From: Stegostoma tigrinum
Taxonomy: Eukaryota
DNA length: 64,000 bases
Direction: 5' to 3'
Assembly: GCF_030684315.1 (NCBI RefSeq)
Contig: NC_081396.1
Span: 9,539,628 to 9,603,627, forward strand
How positions within the stretch are numbered: position 1 is the stretch's first letter; the number at the start of each line of letters is the position of its first letter. The notes below the pieces were generated by a model. It had not been told where the DNA came from. It made no database searches and worked only from the letters and a program-made list of their open reading frames with translations. Positions 51,801 to 63,390 of this stretch are shown here, in pieces. The position numbers and the translations under genes are program-made.

Positions 51801-52367
51801 CTGAAGAGGTTCCATGCAGTTGATTTTCGCGTTCCATATCTCCGCAATGCTCAAGATGTTCTTTCACATTCAAATCGAGTCTCAATTAGTCCACTGAATA
51901 TTGAACATTTTCCATCAAAAATATTTCCCTCTTTGCACTTTGATCGGATTAAATTATTTTATACATGTTTTCAATGATACAAAACCAAATTGAATCTGCT
52001 CTGCTATTTGATCCAATCAAGGTTGAGCTTATTTAAGCCTCCACTTTTCTACCGCACCACATAACACTTTCACCATTAAAAACTAAAAATCTGTCTATCT
52101 CCTCCTGAAGTTATCTCAACATCCTGTCGTCTGTCACATGCTGGAGGAAGTGAGGATTCAGGACCCTCTGTGAAAGAAGTAATTGCTCCTCAACTCCACT
52201 TTAAATCTTCTACCCTTGTGATAAAGTTGTCATTACAATTTTAATTCGCCCTTGTTCCAAGTAATGCTGTTACAAGATTGACGTTGCCATTGGTTGGAGG
52301 TTGTTGCTTTACTCATATCCCCCAAAGCAGTGAGCATTGTGGCCTCTGAGCATGGGTATTGAGAGGA

Positions 52368-52657
52368 GAGACAGTAGAAACTGCCAATGCTGGAGAATCT
52401 GGGATACTGAAGTGTAGTGCTGGGTGAACACAGCAGGCCAAGCAGCATCAGAGGAGCAGGAAAACTGACATTTCGGTTTTGGACCCTTCTTCAGAAATGG
52501 CTGGCTTCGCAGTGGGTTTAAAATGGATTCAGCGATTGTAGGAGTTGCTGATGCTAAAGAATGTGAGAGAACAAGGTTTTGAGCTGGATGAACACAGTAG
52601 GCAGGACAGCATAAGGGGAGCAGAAGAGCTGACGTTTCGGTTCTGGACCCTTCTTAG
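52368..52657 (-). mobile_element. Two successive hammerhead-bearing short elements
   Basis: Both end in gac(a/g)tttcggtt(t/c)tggacccttctt(c)ag on the plus strand. Confidence 0.8.
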
Positions 52658-53126
52658 GAGGATTCATGTCCCTCGAGACGAAATTTCAGCGATAATCTTG
52701 TGCCAGTTTCTACTTGTCACTTGTTTCATAGCAGTTAGTAGAAGCTACATGGAATTCATTCAGCATCAGATCCATGCTTGTGGTACATAATACAGGTAGT
52801 TAGCTCTTCGGGCTACTGATTTTAGATCATTTGTGACAAGTACAACATTTCCAAAGTGTTTTGTTTGTGACTTTGATTTTCGTTTCTTACTGGTTGTGAT
52901 CAGAGAATCTCTGCAAAACAATGATTTACGAAAGGGACTAGGGCAGAAGGAAGCATTGTAACTTTCGACTGCAACTACATCACCATTTTTCTTCCACTGA
53001 TTGTGGACCAAAAATGCAGCATTGAACCAAAGGTATGGAATTAAAGATAGTCCCGCTGGGAGCCCTTTAGTGCCCTTTACCCCTTCAGGGCTAGCTGCTT
53101 CGAATGGTGTCTTCAGTTTAATAGTT

Positions 53127-53590
53127 TTAGAGACATAGAAACATAGGAAATAGGAGCAGGAGTCGGCCATTCGGCCCTTCGAAATTGTTCCTCCATTCCT
53201 CACCATCATGGCTGATCATCCAACTCGGTAGGTTAATCCTGTTTTCTCCATATGACCTTTGATCCCATTCACCCCATGTGCTATATCTAGTTGTCCCTTC
53301 AATACATTCAATGTTTTGCATCAACTACTACCTGTGCTAATGGATTCCTCAGGCTCACCACTCTTTGTGTTGAATAAATATCTCCCCATCTTCATCCTGA
53401 ACCATCCACCTCGAATCCTCATGCTGTGACCCCTGGTTCTCGACACACCCACTATCAGAAACATTCTCCTTGTATCTACCCTGTCCAGTTCTGTTAGAAT
53501 TTTCTGTGTGTCTGCGAGATTTCCACTCATTCTTCTGAACTCTGGCACAAACAATCCCACCCTTGTCAATTTTTCCTCATTAGTCAGAAA
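53127..53590 (-). mobile_element. CR1 3' fragment
   Basis: Minus ORF EFRRMSGNLADTQKILTELDRVDTRRMFLIVGVSRTRGHS. acatagaaacatagg tail. Confidence 0.9.
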
Positions 53591-54756
53591 TTGCACTAGA
53601 AAAGCCTATGATCACATGAAGCCCAGTCCGCAAGGGGATTGCTTCAAAAGTACCTGTGCAGCTTTAATTTTTAAAATCCTATCAGTAAAATCTGGAAAAG
53701 AAGGCAGTTTACACAGCTACCATGTTTTATAGGCTGACGTTTCAGGCCTAGAACCTTCACCTGAAAATCCTGCTCCTAAAATGGCGGTTTGTCCGCTGTG
53801 TTCATCCAGCCCTACACCTTGTTATTTCTACAATGTTTTAGAGAAGTGAATTGTAAGTGCAAAATTCGTCCAGGCTGTGTGAGGCATTTCTGATGTCAAT
53901 GCCGTTACCTTGCCAAAAGCTGGTTCAGAAACCACTAAAGAGTAGGTTCTGAATATTTTCAACGAGTTGGAGTTTATTTTTATTCAATCATGTCTCACAA
54001 AATAATAGCAGCAATGCGGAAGATCGTAAATCCGAACTGAATTGTGTTAAAACTCTGTGAATTATACCCCAGTCGTAGCTTGCTTCCCATCAGATTTGCA
54101 TCACAGATTTTACCAATTGAAATTATTCAATGTAATTCTCTATTTAAAATGAGAATAGATGACTTTGAGCGTTGTTTATTTGCGAAATACCTCTCAAACA
54201 AAGCACTGAGGAGATCCATTTCATCATATAACCGATCTATCGTATCAATCAGATACTTCACAAAAGTCAACACGAGAATTATAATCACTTAGCTCATTTC
54301 TTAGTGGTGACAAAAAGCCAATACATGTAACATGATTGTTTTAGATTCGAGCAGAAAGGCACTCAGAAACAGAGGGAAATTAGCCCTCGGGCCTACTCGA
54401 TCATTTGGCAGAACAGTTGTTGAAATTCATTATGAACTACCGTTTACAGCGATAATAGGAACTGCAGATGCTGGAGAATCGGTGATGACAAGGTGCAGAG
54501 ATGGATGAACAGAGCAGGACAAGCAGCGTTGTAGAAGCAGGAAAGCTGACGTTTCGGGCCCAGACCCTTCAGCACTGTTTCTCTCTTCTGAACTCCAGGA
54601 TACTGAATTATCTCTCTCACATTCTGAAATCTACTTACTTCAGGAAAATGACTCCAATGAATCGTTTGTCTGCATTGTGAACATTGCCTTTCGTTCCGGC
54701 TGCAAATATGTAATCACTGTTGAGTTCTGCACTGAAACCAACAAATCCAAATCAGG

Positions 54757-54934
54757 CCTGGCAGCATCTGTGAGGAAAAAACAAATCAGAGTTAATGTTT
54801 TGGGTCCGGTTTTGGGGAAGGTTCACTGAAAGTTAACTCGGATTTTTCTTCACAGATGCTGCCAAACCTGTTGAGCTTTTCTGGCAACTTCTGTTTTTCT
54901 TCCTGATTTTCAGCATTGTTACTTCTTTCGGTTT
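54757..54934. mobile_element. Inverted dimer of a second Penelope terminal-repeat family, 14-bp TSD
   Basis: ggcagcatctgtgagg / cttcacagatgctgcc arms. AAATCCAAATCAGG 54743-54756 and AAATCCAAACCAGG 54935-54948. Confidence 0.75.
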
Positions 54935-55333
54935 AAATCCAAACCAGGAAATGGTTTCCCTAAATTGTTATGCAGACCACATTCCCCGTCAGTCCTACAC
55001 ACTGTTTGTCTGTCAGGAACTCGATAAATCCGCATGTCTTGTTTTGAGCAGGATTCTCAATTTCTTACACCATATTCTAATATTTATACTGACCCACTCC
55101 CAGCTTTTCTAACACAATAGTATTGCACATTTTATTTATTCTGCCTCTCAATACATAACAGTTACGTTCAGCAGTCGTCCCCGATAAATGTGCTTGCTCA
55201 TTAAGCAATGTCTCTGACTGCCTGAAGCCTAGTGTGGTCCCCTATCATTAGCACATTTAAACGACTCTGCAAATGGTTCCAGAAAACGGCCTGGAACTAT
55301 GTTGATATTTTGCCCCATATGCTCACCAGGCAT

Positions 55334-55520
55334 AAGAGAGAAGAACATGTAGAGTAGGATAATCTCAGCAGGCCAAGCAACATCAGAGGAGCAGGAAAGC
55401 TGACGTATCGGGCCCAGACCCTTCTTCAAACGATAGCTTTCCTGCTTGGCCTGCTGTGATCATCCTGCTCTAAACCTTGCTCTCTCCGATTCTCCAGGGT
55501 CTGAAGTTCCTACTATTGCT
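55334..55520. mobile_element. Inverted dimer of Penelope-derived element, 13-bp TSD
   Basis: GCTCACCAGGCAT 55321-55333 and GCACACCAGGCAT 55521-55533. Confidence 0.8.
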
Positions 55521-55859
55521 GCACACCAGGCATGTTCTTCAGCCATTACAAGTATTTTTCCAATGTCAAAAACCTTGCGATCAACAGTTAGAAGCTGGAG
55601 GCAGTTTATTCCTGCATGGTTTAAAATCACACACAAAGGGTACTGTTCCCACATGGCACAAAATTGTAAACAAATCGCCTTAGCTTCTATATACAGAAAC
55701 GAGGAAAACAATTTCAGCACATTTTACACTCTTCTGCAAAAATGTCGCAAAAAATTCTCCTGCAAAGTTATCGACATGGAGCAGACAAGCAGGACCCTGC
55801 AAATCCAACTCCAAACAGTGAGCGGCGCTATTCTCTTGGTTTGTGAGAGAAAGCAAGCT

Positions 55860-55889
55860 AACTTTCGAATCGAGATGATTCTTCGTCAG
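55860..55889 (-). ncRNA. Minimal hammerhead-ribozyme-like motif
   Basis: CUGACGA-A-GAAUC-AUCUC-GAUUC-GAAA-GUU, with a perfect 5-bp stem II. One base is missing from the usual ACGU stem III. Confidence 0.6.
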
Positions 55890-56030
55890 AGGTGAAGAGC
55901 TCAAAATGGTCGAAAACTGTTTCGGTTCGAGAGAAAAATGCTCCAGAATTACGATCTGGTGTGATGCGTAGCTGCATATAATGATCAAAAATATCTTGTA
56001 AACACAGTTTTATGAGTCAAGTTATGAGAC

Positions 56031-56057
56031 CTGAAGAAGGGTAATACCCGAAATGTT
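56031..56057 (+). ncRNA. Minimal hammerhead-ribozyme-like motif
   Basis: CUGAAGA-A-GGGU-AAU-ACCC-GAAA-UGUU at the head of a short Penelope-type terminal repeat. Confidence 0.6.
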
Positions 56058-56179
56058 AACTGCCCCTTTCTTCCAGATTCTTCCTGGCCTGCTGTGTTCT
56101 TCCAGCCTCCTGTTTATCTAACTTTACTGGAAACTTCGGACTTGAATTCTACCTGGATTTCCCTCAACATTAAATACAA

Positions 56180-56846
56180 CGCCCATGAATCAGCAGTTCG
56201 CAATAAACAACCGCACCTCCCAGTCGCGAACCATTTCAAGTCCCCCTCCCATTCCTTGGATGGCATGCCCATCCTGGGTCTCTTGCAGTGCCACAACAAT
56301 GCCACCCGCAGGTTGCAAGAACAGCAAGTCATATTCTGCTTGGAAACCCGGCAGCCCAATCCTATCAATGTGGATTTCACAAGCTTCAAAATCTCCCCTC
56401 CCGCCACTGCATCCCCAAACCAGTCCAGCTCGTCCCCGCCTCCCGAACCTGTTCTTCCTCTCACATATCCCCTCCACCCACCTCATGCCGCACCTCCATT
56501 TCCTAACTACTACCCTCATCCCGACGCTTGACCTGTCTGTACTCCCCTAACTGACCTAACCCCTCCCTACCTCTCAACCCACACTCACCTCTACAGGCTC
56601 AATCCCCGCGACTTTGGCTTTCCTGTCTCCACTCCATCTATCTTCTCCTCTATCCATCTTCAATTCGCCTCCCCGTCTCTCCCTTTTTACTTCAGAACCC
56701 TCTCCCCATCCAGCCTTTCTCATGAAGGGTCATAGCCCAAAACGTCAGCTTTTGTGCTTTGAAGCTGTTGCTTGGCCCGTTGCGTCCATATAGCTCCACA
56801 CTTCGTTATCTCGGATTCTCCAGCATCTGCAGTTCCCATTATCTCT
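56180..56846 (+). mobile_element. Penelope-like element 3' fragment with terminal repeat
   Basis: SAVRNKQPHLPVANHFKSPSHSLDGMPILGLLQCHNNATRRLQEQQVIFCL, C-rich UTR, degenerate hammerhead at ~56719-56747, tail ccagcatctgcagttcccattatctc. Confidence 0.88.
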
Positions 56847-57849
56847 CATTTCAAAGAACATCATGAACTTTCCTTTTGTGGGGATTGTTCTTCCAAGTAG
56901 GTTAGAAACTCTTAGCCCCTCTTCCAATTGTCACATTGATTACTGATGGCAAGATCTGAACTTGACGACGTTCCTAACACTGTAGGCACAACCAATAACG
57001 TTATCATTTATATCTGATAAACCGCATAAAAGTTGAAGATTAACCACAACATTCAAAATAGATGTGTTTCCTTTAAGAAAATGTACCAGAAGCCGGCTTC
57101 CTGTGAAGACTCAGCCATGTTTTAAGTGATAACAGTCTGTCTTTCTCGACCAAAGCAGAATGGTCAGAAAGCAGACACTCATGAGTTATTAGTGCAGCTT
57201 GCATTCCAGGTCAGTGAGAAGCTTTACATCAACATATTGTTTTACCTCTCGATTTTAACATTGACATTGGATCAATCACCATGATCGTCTGGAATGTATA
57301 CAAAAATGCTAGGTCATTTTGGAATATTATTCCCATTTTCCAAACCTGTGTACTACGGCACGTGAACAGATTCTATGACTCTAATTGGACTTTTTCTTTT
57401 GTTTCCAGTATTGTAAACAAGCGATTCAGGGAGCAGCTCTCCCCTTTTATTGATACTGGTTAATTATTCTGTTAATTCTGCGGCAACATTTCAATTGAAT
57501 TTGTACAGGGTGTTAATGCAAAAGATGCAATTGGATTACAAATGGATATTAGTATTTATTATTGCCGTCAGACTCATGACATGTAAGTATTTAAATTATT
57601 AGAAAATTGAATTCAATTAATAGCTAATTGATATTCACTGGTAGTTCAAATTTACGCCTTCTTCAGTCCTGCTGCTGAAATAATCATATTTTTAATGCTA
57701 CTTTTCAATAATTAAGGAGCGTTGTGTATCCAATTCAATGTTATTTCGTTATTTTAAAGAGAATAGCAAGTGTGAAGATGTTGGGAGGAAATCCAATAAT
57801 CAACTTGTAGATTTTTATTAAATGAACAGATGAAGCTGCAGTCTGGGCA

Positions 57850-58290
57850 AAAGCGAGGACAATCAGGATTGTTTTCATTGCAGTTCAGACAAATGAGAAG
57901 GGGTTTGACAGAGGCATATAAAATTCCAACACGATTGGACAGGGTAGATGCAGGGAGGATGTTCCCGATGGTGGGCATGTCCAGTACCAGGGGTCACAGC
58001 CTGAGGATTCGGGGTAGACGATTCAGGATGAAGATGAGGAACTTTTCTTCACCCAAAGCGCGGTGAGCCTGTGGAATTCATTATCACAGGAAATAGTTGA
58101 CGCCATAGCATTGAATGTATTCAAGAGGCGACGAGATATAGCAATTGGGGTGAATGGGATCAAAGGCTATGGAGAGAAAACAGGAATGGGCTATTGAGTT
58201 GATCGATCAGTGATGATGGTGAAGGATGGCAGAACAGGCTGCAAGGACAGAAGGGCCTCATCCTGCTACTATCTTCTCTGTTTTCATGTT
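57850..58290 (+). mobile_element. CR1 3' fragment
   Basis: ORF GLFSLQFRQMRRGLTEAYKIPTRLDRVDAGRMFPMVGMSSTRGHSL. Confidence 0.9.
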
Positions 58291-59539
58291 GCTAAAGTGA
58301 AACGAAGAAGCCTAAAGCCATAAATTCACGAGAAAAAGAGTAGAGTGGTACAAAATGCAAGCAAAATAACAAATGAAGAGATGTTTCTTTGTATCATTGG
58401 GGTGGACGCACGTTCAAAGATGTGCAGGTCGGGGAATTGGGCATGTTAATTTGTCTGCAGTGTCCAGGCATGTGCAAGCGAGGTGGATGAGCCTGAATAA
58501 GAGCCGGGAATAAGGAGGGCCAGAGTTGGATGTTCTTCAGAGTGTCGTTGCAGATTCAGTGGGCCGAATAGCCTCTTTCTGCACTGTAGCGATTCTATGA
58601 ATCTATGAAGTAGTGAATGTCAAACCTTACTTGTGTGCAGCCGTCTGATCAATACATTTACTCCCTGTTGAATTCTGTGCACCACACTCCAGCAATACAT
58701 TTGTTTTTTTGTGCACAACACAAATCATCAAATCAAAAATGGAATAGAATGTTAATTTATGGGCAGAAAGCCACACAAAGGATGATGAATTGTCGGCTCC
58801 CTCATGACTAAAGTGCCTTTTATTCAGTAATAACGGGGATATAATGTACAGTGGTTGAAGATGTGCAGAACAGAAACAGGCAAATCATCTAGACAGAGAA
58901 ATTATGGAGCTGATAATGTTAAACAGGACCTTGCACTCAAATTTCTTCAGCTATCTTACATTTACCCTATCTCTTCTGGCCACCTGCATAATTTCAAATA
59001 CCTTCCTTGTATTGATTTTATGAAACTGTACAGTAATCAGAAGATATTCCCTTGTAAACACTCAGCCTTCTCCAGAAAAGAGAGATATACAGTTCAACAT
59101 TACGGTTCGGTCGAAAATCAAGTCATCTGAGATTTCTGAAGCAGGGACCCGACCCGAAACATCAACTTTCCTGCTCCTCTGATGCTGCCTGAGCTGCTGT
59201 GTTCTTCCAACACCACACTGTGTTATCTCTGACTCCAACATCGGCAGTTCTTACTATCTCTGAGTAAAAACAGCAGTGTCTTTATTGAAAGCAGAACTCT
59301 TTACATAACTGCAACGTTTTATATCCTCGCTTCAGTACAAGAGCTCTGCTTTTCAGTAACTTTCCAATAGATATACCCGGAGTTCTTTGTTTGGCTGAGA
59401 GTGAACTTGATCAGCTGCATCATCACTTTGCACATTAAGATTCCTTCGTTCTTTGCCCTTTTAAGATTTTTCAAGGATCATGTGATCTCTACATACATTG
59501 AAACGAACTTATATCAGTTAATTCCGATAAATATTGAAA

Positions 59540-59800
59540 ATGATTTGAATTATGTTTTGGAAAGTCGGAAATTAAAAGTCGAATGATAACCATGAATCCA
59601 TTATCGATTATCTGACATTCCCATCTGGTTCCGTAATGTCCGTTAGGGAAGCTAACTGGCATCGTTTCCTGGTCTGGAATATATGAGACTCCAGACTCAG
59701 AGCAATGTGGTTGACTCTGAAGTTCCCTCTGGTGAATTAAGGATGGACAACACATGCTGGCCCATTCAGCGACACACTCAACTTGTGAATATTGTTTTTA
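59540..59800 (+). mobile_element. SacSINE/DeuSINE-like SINE fragment directly upstream of the V segment
   Basis: ccatgaatccattatcgatt, cccatctggttc, gactccagactcagagcaatgtggttgactct. Confidence 0.7.
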
Positions 59801-60053
59801 AATTGCCAGTTGGCCACATTTATAAGATCATTATTCTCTGCCTTTTGGCAAAGTTGTATCTCAGCTAAGAAAACATACATCTCAGGATATTGCAGAGTGG
59901 GTGTGAGCTGCAAATCAACTGTGAATGAATTAAATTTGGAGCTGGTGTGGGAAGCTGGAAGTTGCAAACACTCTCCTGTATTTCTGGGATATAAATGGAA
60001 AATGACACGAGTTTCATTTTCACTTTATCTGCCAGTCACATTGTATCTTACAG

Positions 60054-60326
60054 GTGAAGAGGTAGTTTTGCAATCATTCCCATCTCAGACTCCAAGTGAA
60101 TGGAGACCGTATCAATACACTGTCACGCAACCATCTCATTCTCTGCAGTATACTGGTGCATGCAAACTCCGAATCACTGCCCAAAGTTATTGGTAACGGT
60201 GACGGGAAGTGAAGCGGTGAATAATTGCAGATTTAGAGCTGTCAGTAGAAGTGAAGAGAAAAGCAGCTCTCTGATAATATCGACCTTACATCTAACAGAC
60301 ACCGGAAGCAACTTTTGTGCCCTACT
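60054..60326 (+). pseudogene. T-cell receptor V-alpha/delta-like gene segment, frameshifted
   Basis: Acceptor cttacAG 60052-53. Repairing a 1-nt deletion near 60101 gives EEVVLQSFPSQTPSE(G)ETVSIHCHATISFSAVYWCMQTPNHCPKLLV...RFRAVSRSEEKSSSLIISTLHLTDTGSNFCAL: IgV Cys/Trp/Cys framework with a CAL end typical of TCR alpha/delta V. Confidence 0.88.
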
Positions 60327-60365
60327 CACAGTGTGGAAAGGAGCGTCAGAGTCCGTACAAAAACC
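60327..60365 (+). promoter_or_regulatory. V(D)J recombination signal sequence, 23-bp spacer
   Basis: CACAGTG (60327-60333) + 23 nt + ACAAAAACC (60357-60365), exact consensus, abutting the V 3' end. Confidence 0.97.
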
Positions 60366-60520
60366 TAGTCTGCTGTGAGTATTCTGTGTTTTGAGTAAAA
60401 TAACAGAAGAAATCTAGTCGAACTTGGGACATGGATAATGGAGGTAGGGTGATATTCCGTCAAGACGAAACGTTATATCGATCCCGCTGCAAATTGAAAA
60501 TGGGCTATGTACGGAATATG

Positions 60521-60700
60521 TGAAGCTGCATGAACACAATGGGCCAAGCAGAATCAGAGGAGCAGAAAAGTTGACTTTTTGGGTCGAGACCCTTCTTCAG
60601 TCAACGTTCCGGCTCCTCTGATGCTGCTTGGCCCACTGTTTTCATCCAGCTCCACAAGGTGGTATCTCACATTCACCAGCATTGACAGTTCTTACTGTTT
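60521..60700. mobile_element. Inverted dimer of hammerhead-bearing element
   Basis: gggccaagcagaatcagaggagc / gctcctctgatgctgcttggccc arms, joined at ccttcttcag|tcaac. Confidence 0.8.
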
Positions 60701-61041
60701 CTATTATCGCCAGTTCATGACTGGATCATCTGTGCGTACGCCAAATCATCAACAGTTAAGTGGTGTTGTTCACAACAACCTGCATTTGGGGCCTTATGTT
60801 TAATTGGATTTTTAAATGATGCAGGAAAACTGCTCGAAGCAGGAAAGAGCATTTCAGCTGCATCAATTGTACTCAGTGGCCATGCTCAACCTTGTATTCT
60901 CTCTGGGGATTTTCCTGGAGAAATTATGCCCTGAATTTGGGAGCACTGTTGTGCAATTAAATAGGTAAAATGGCTCAATTCGTGTGAGTTTACAGCTTTT
61001 GGTTCAGTCAGTTGACCATGCATTTATTGAGATTTTTAAAT

Positions 61042-61340
61042 AGAACATAGAACAGCACAGCATTGGAACAAACCCGCCGGCCCACAATATTGTGCCAAAC
61101 ATGACGACAAATTAAACTGAACACTTCTGCCTGCCCTCTGTCCATGCCCCTCCATACCTTGCATTTTCATGTGCTTATGTGAAAAACCATAAATGTCCTT
61201 TCATATCTGCCGCCAACACTGCCCCTGGCATGGGTTTTCAGACTGCCACTACTCCCTGTATTTAAAAAAAGACTTCTCTCTCACATCTCCTTTCAACTTT
61301 CACCCTTCATCTTCAATGCATGGCCTTAGTTTTAGAATAA
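61042..61340 (-). mobile_element. CR1 3' fragment
   Basis: tagaacatagaacagcacagc tail followed by the CR1 3' UTR on the minus strand. Confidence 0.75.
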
Positions 61341-61429
61341 TAATGGGCAACATTTAATGAAATGAAAGATAACAAGGTGTAGAGCTGGATGAACACAGCA
61401 GGCCAAGCAGCATCAGAGGAGCAGGAAGG

Positions 61430-61459
61430 CTGACGTTTCGGACCTAGACCCTTCTTCAG
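61430..61459 (-). ncRNA. Best-preserved minimal type I hammerhead core, within short element 61365-61462
   Basis: CUGAAGA-A-GGGUCUAGGUCC-GAAA-CGUC-AG: all conserved core nucleotides, palindromic ACGU stem III, GUC cleavage triplet. Confidence 0.7.
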
Positions 61460-62454
61460 AAATTCAAGTTTGGATAGGGCCCATGCAGAGTAACTGGTTC
61501 TTTGATACGGCAATGCAAAACAATAGGTAGGACAATTAGGTCATTCAAGCATTGACTTTCTTTGGAAAGAAGAATTGTGAACATCTTGAATTATTTCACC
61601 AGCAAAGATTGTGATGGTATATAATAACATCACTTGTCAATGTCAATATCAGCAGACACTTTTCGTTTGTAACTTTGCAGGGTATTACTAATGGTTAGAA
61701 TGTAAGCATATGTATCACGATCAAGTCCATGAACTCATTTTCAAATTTCAAACCATCAGACCACTTACAGGTCGTTTGGAAAGAGTTACAGCCTCCCATT
61801 GCTCACAACTGAATGAGAAATCCTCCCCATTTTATTCTGCAAAGTGCAATTTGGTTGCGCCATGAAGAGGAGCAGCAGTGCATTTGGGAGTTCTTACATT
61901 GCACAAGATGTGAAGTCATGCTATCAACTGCTGTTGAGTTGAGATTCTGATGGAAATGCTTGGATGACACACAGCCAAAGGGGGTTTCCCTTTCTCTGAA
62001 ACGGTCATGATGCTTTGTAACATTTCTGAATTAGATGTTTAAAGCAGGGTACTCGAATATGTTAAGGAGAGAGAGACACATATTCTTGATACGGTTATGT
62101 CGAGATTAATTAGGATTGAAGAGAATGTGAATAATCAGACCATCCATTATAGACGAAATTATGGAGAAGGCTTGACCAGCCGGCTGGCGAGCTTCTGCTC
62201 TAATTGGGATTTCTGTCTGCACAAATGACAGCAGCCGCATTGAACTGAACTAAAAATCCTGTTGAGAGTCATCCTACTAAATCGAATCCTGTCAACTTGA
62301 AAAATGCGCAAGTCAGACCGGACAAGTACACAGGCGTTTAGCTGCTCTGTGATAGATTGATCATCGCTGAATGTGCTTGTTCTGAACTGATTAAAACCAC
62401 ACTGAATGTAATTGACCCGAACTGCGCGTTAAAAACTTAGTGGACATTACCGAA

Positions 62455-62771
62455 GGCCAGGAAGCATCAGAGAGGGGCATGAAAAATGACGTTTTGGGAA
62501 GGGGTCCTTGCCCGAAACGTCAGCTTCCCTGTTCCTCTGATGCTGCCTGGCCTGCTGTGTTCATCCACACTGTGTTACCTCCAGCACCGCCCATCATTCC
62601 CGCACAATGCTTGGAGGAGCAGGAAATTTGACATCTTCAGAAATTCAGAAAAAAGTGTCCCGACACAAAACCTCAACTTCCTTGCTCCTCTGATGCTGCC
62701 TGTTCCTGTGCATTCCACCAGCTCCCCACTGTGCTATCTCTCAGTCCAGTATCGGCAGTTCTTGCTGTCTC
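62455..62771. mobile_element. Compound inverted array of hammerhead-bearing elements
   Basis: Alternating-orientation arms. Flanked by tggacattaccgaa 62441-62454 and tgaacattactgaa 62772-62785. Confidence 0.7.
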
Positions 62772-63390
62772 TGAACATTACTGAACTTGCATTTCCCTCT
62801 GTAGGTGTAACTGTCCTGAATATCTAAGTTAACAGCGACATCAGATTTCTGGATCGAATTTATCCACACCGAAAGTAACCAAAGTCGGGCTCAATGTCGC
62901 TGATGCATGAAAGTGCTATGAACTGGACCCGGATTTGGCAACACAGTACATACCGCGATTAAACAGGCCCTGACTATGGATTTAGCCATGCTGAAGCCTA
63001 GAGGGGTCAAGTGTATCGAAATGTGTGGGGCTAATCTTATCTTGGAATAAACACACGGAATATTTCTCCCCGAAAGTGTGCCAGTTTATTTTTGTTTCCC
63101 CTGCATGTACAGATGTTAAACATAACATTTTGACACCGAATACAACTGTTCTACGCTGGACCTCTTCACGCACTGGTCTCAAAATGGCAACGAGCTGACT
63201 GAGGTACTTGGGAAGAAATGGACCCGAGCACAACTAAGATGACAAAGCTTCACTGCAATGTCCACACGGAATATAATTGATCGGACTTCACGATTTGAAC
63301 CTGTTTCAAATCACCTCCCATATGGGTAATGATCATCTTGAACGAATAATGGCCGTGATGCGGTGGTGCAGTGTGGACTGAGCGTGGACA

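Noticed and set aside
57390-57470. Splice-acceptor-like tract followed by YCKQAIQGAALPF, vaguely like V framework 2
   Set aside because: No flanking Cys motifs or RSS, so indistinguishable from chance.
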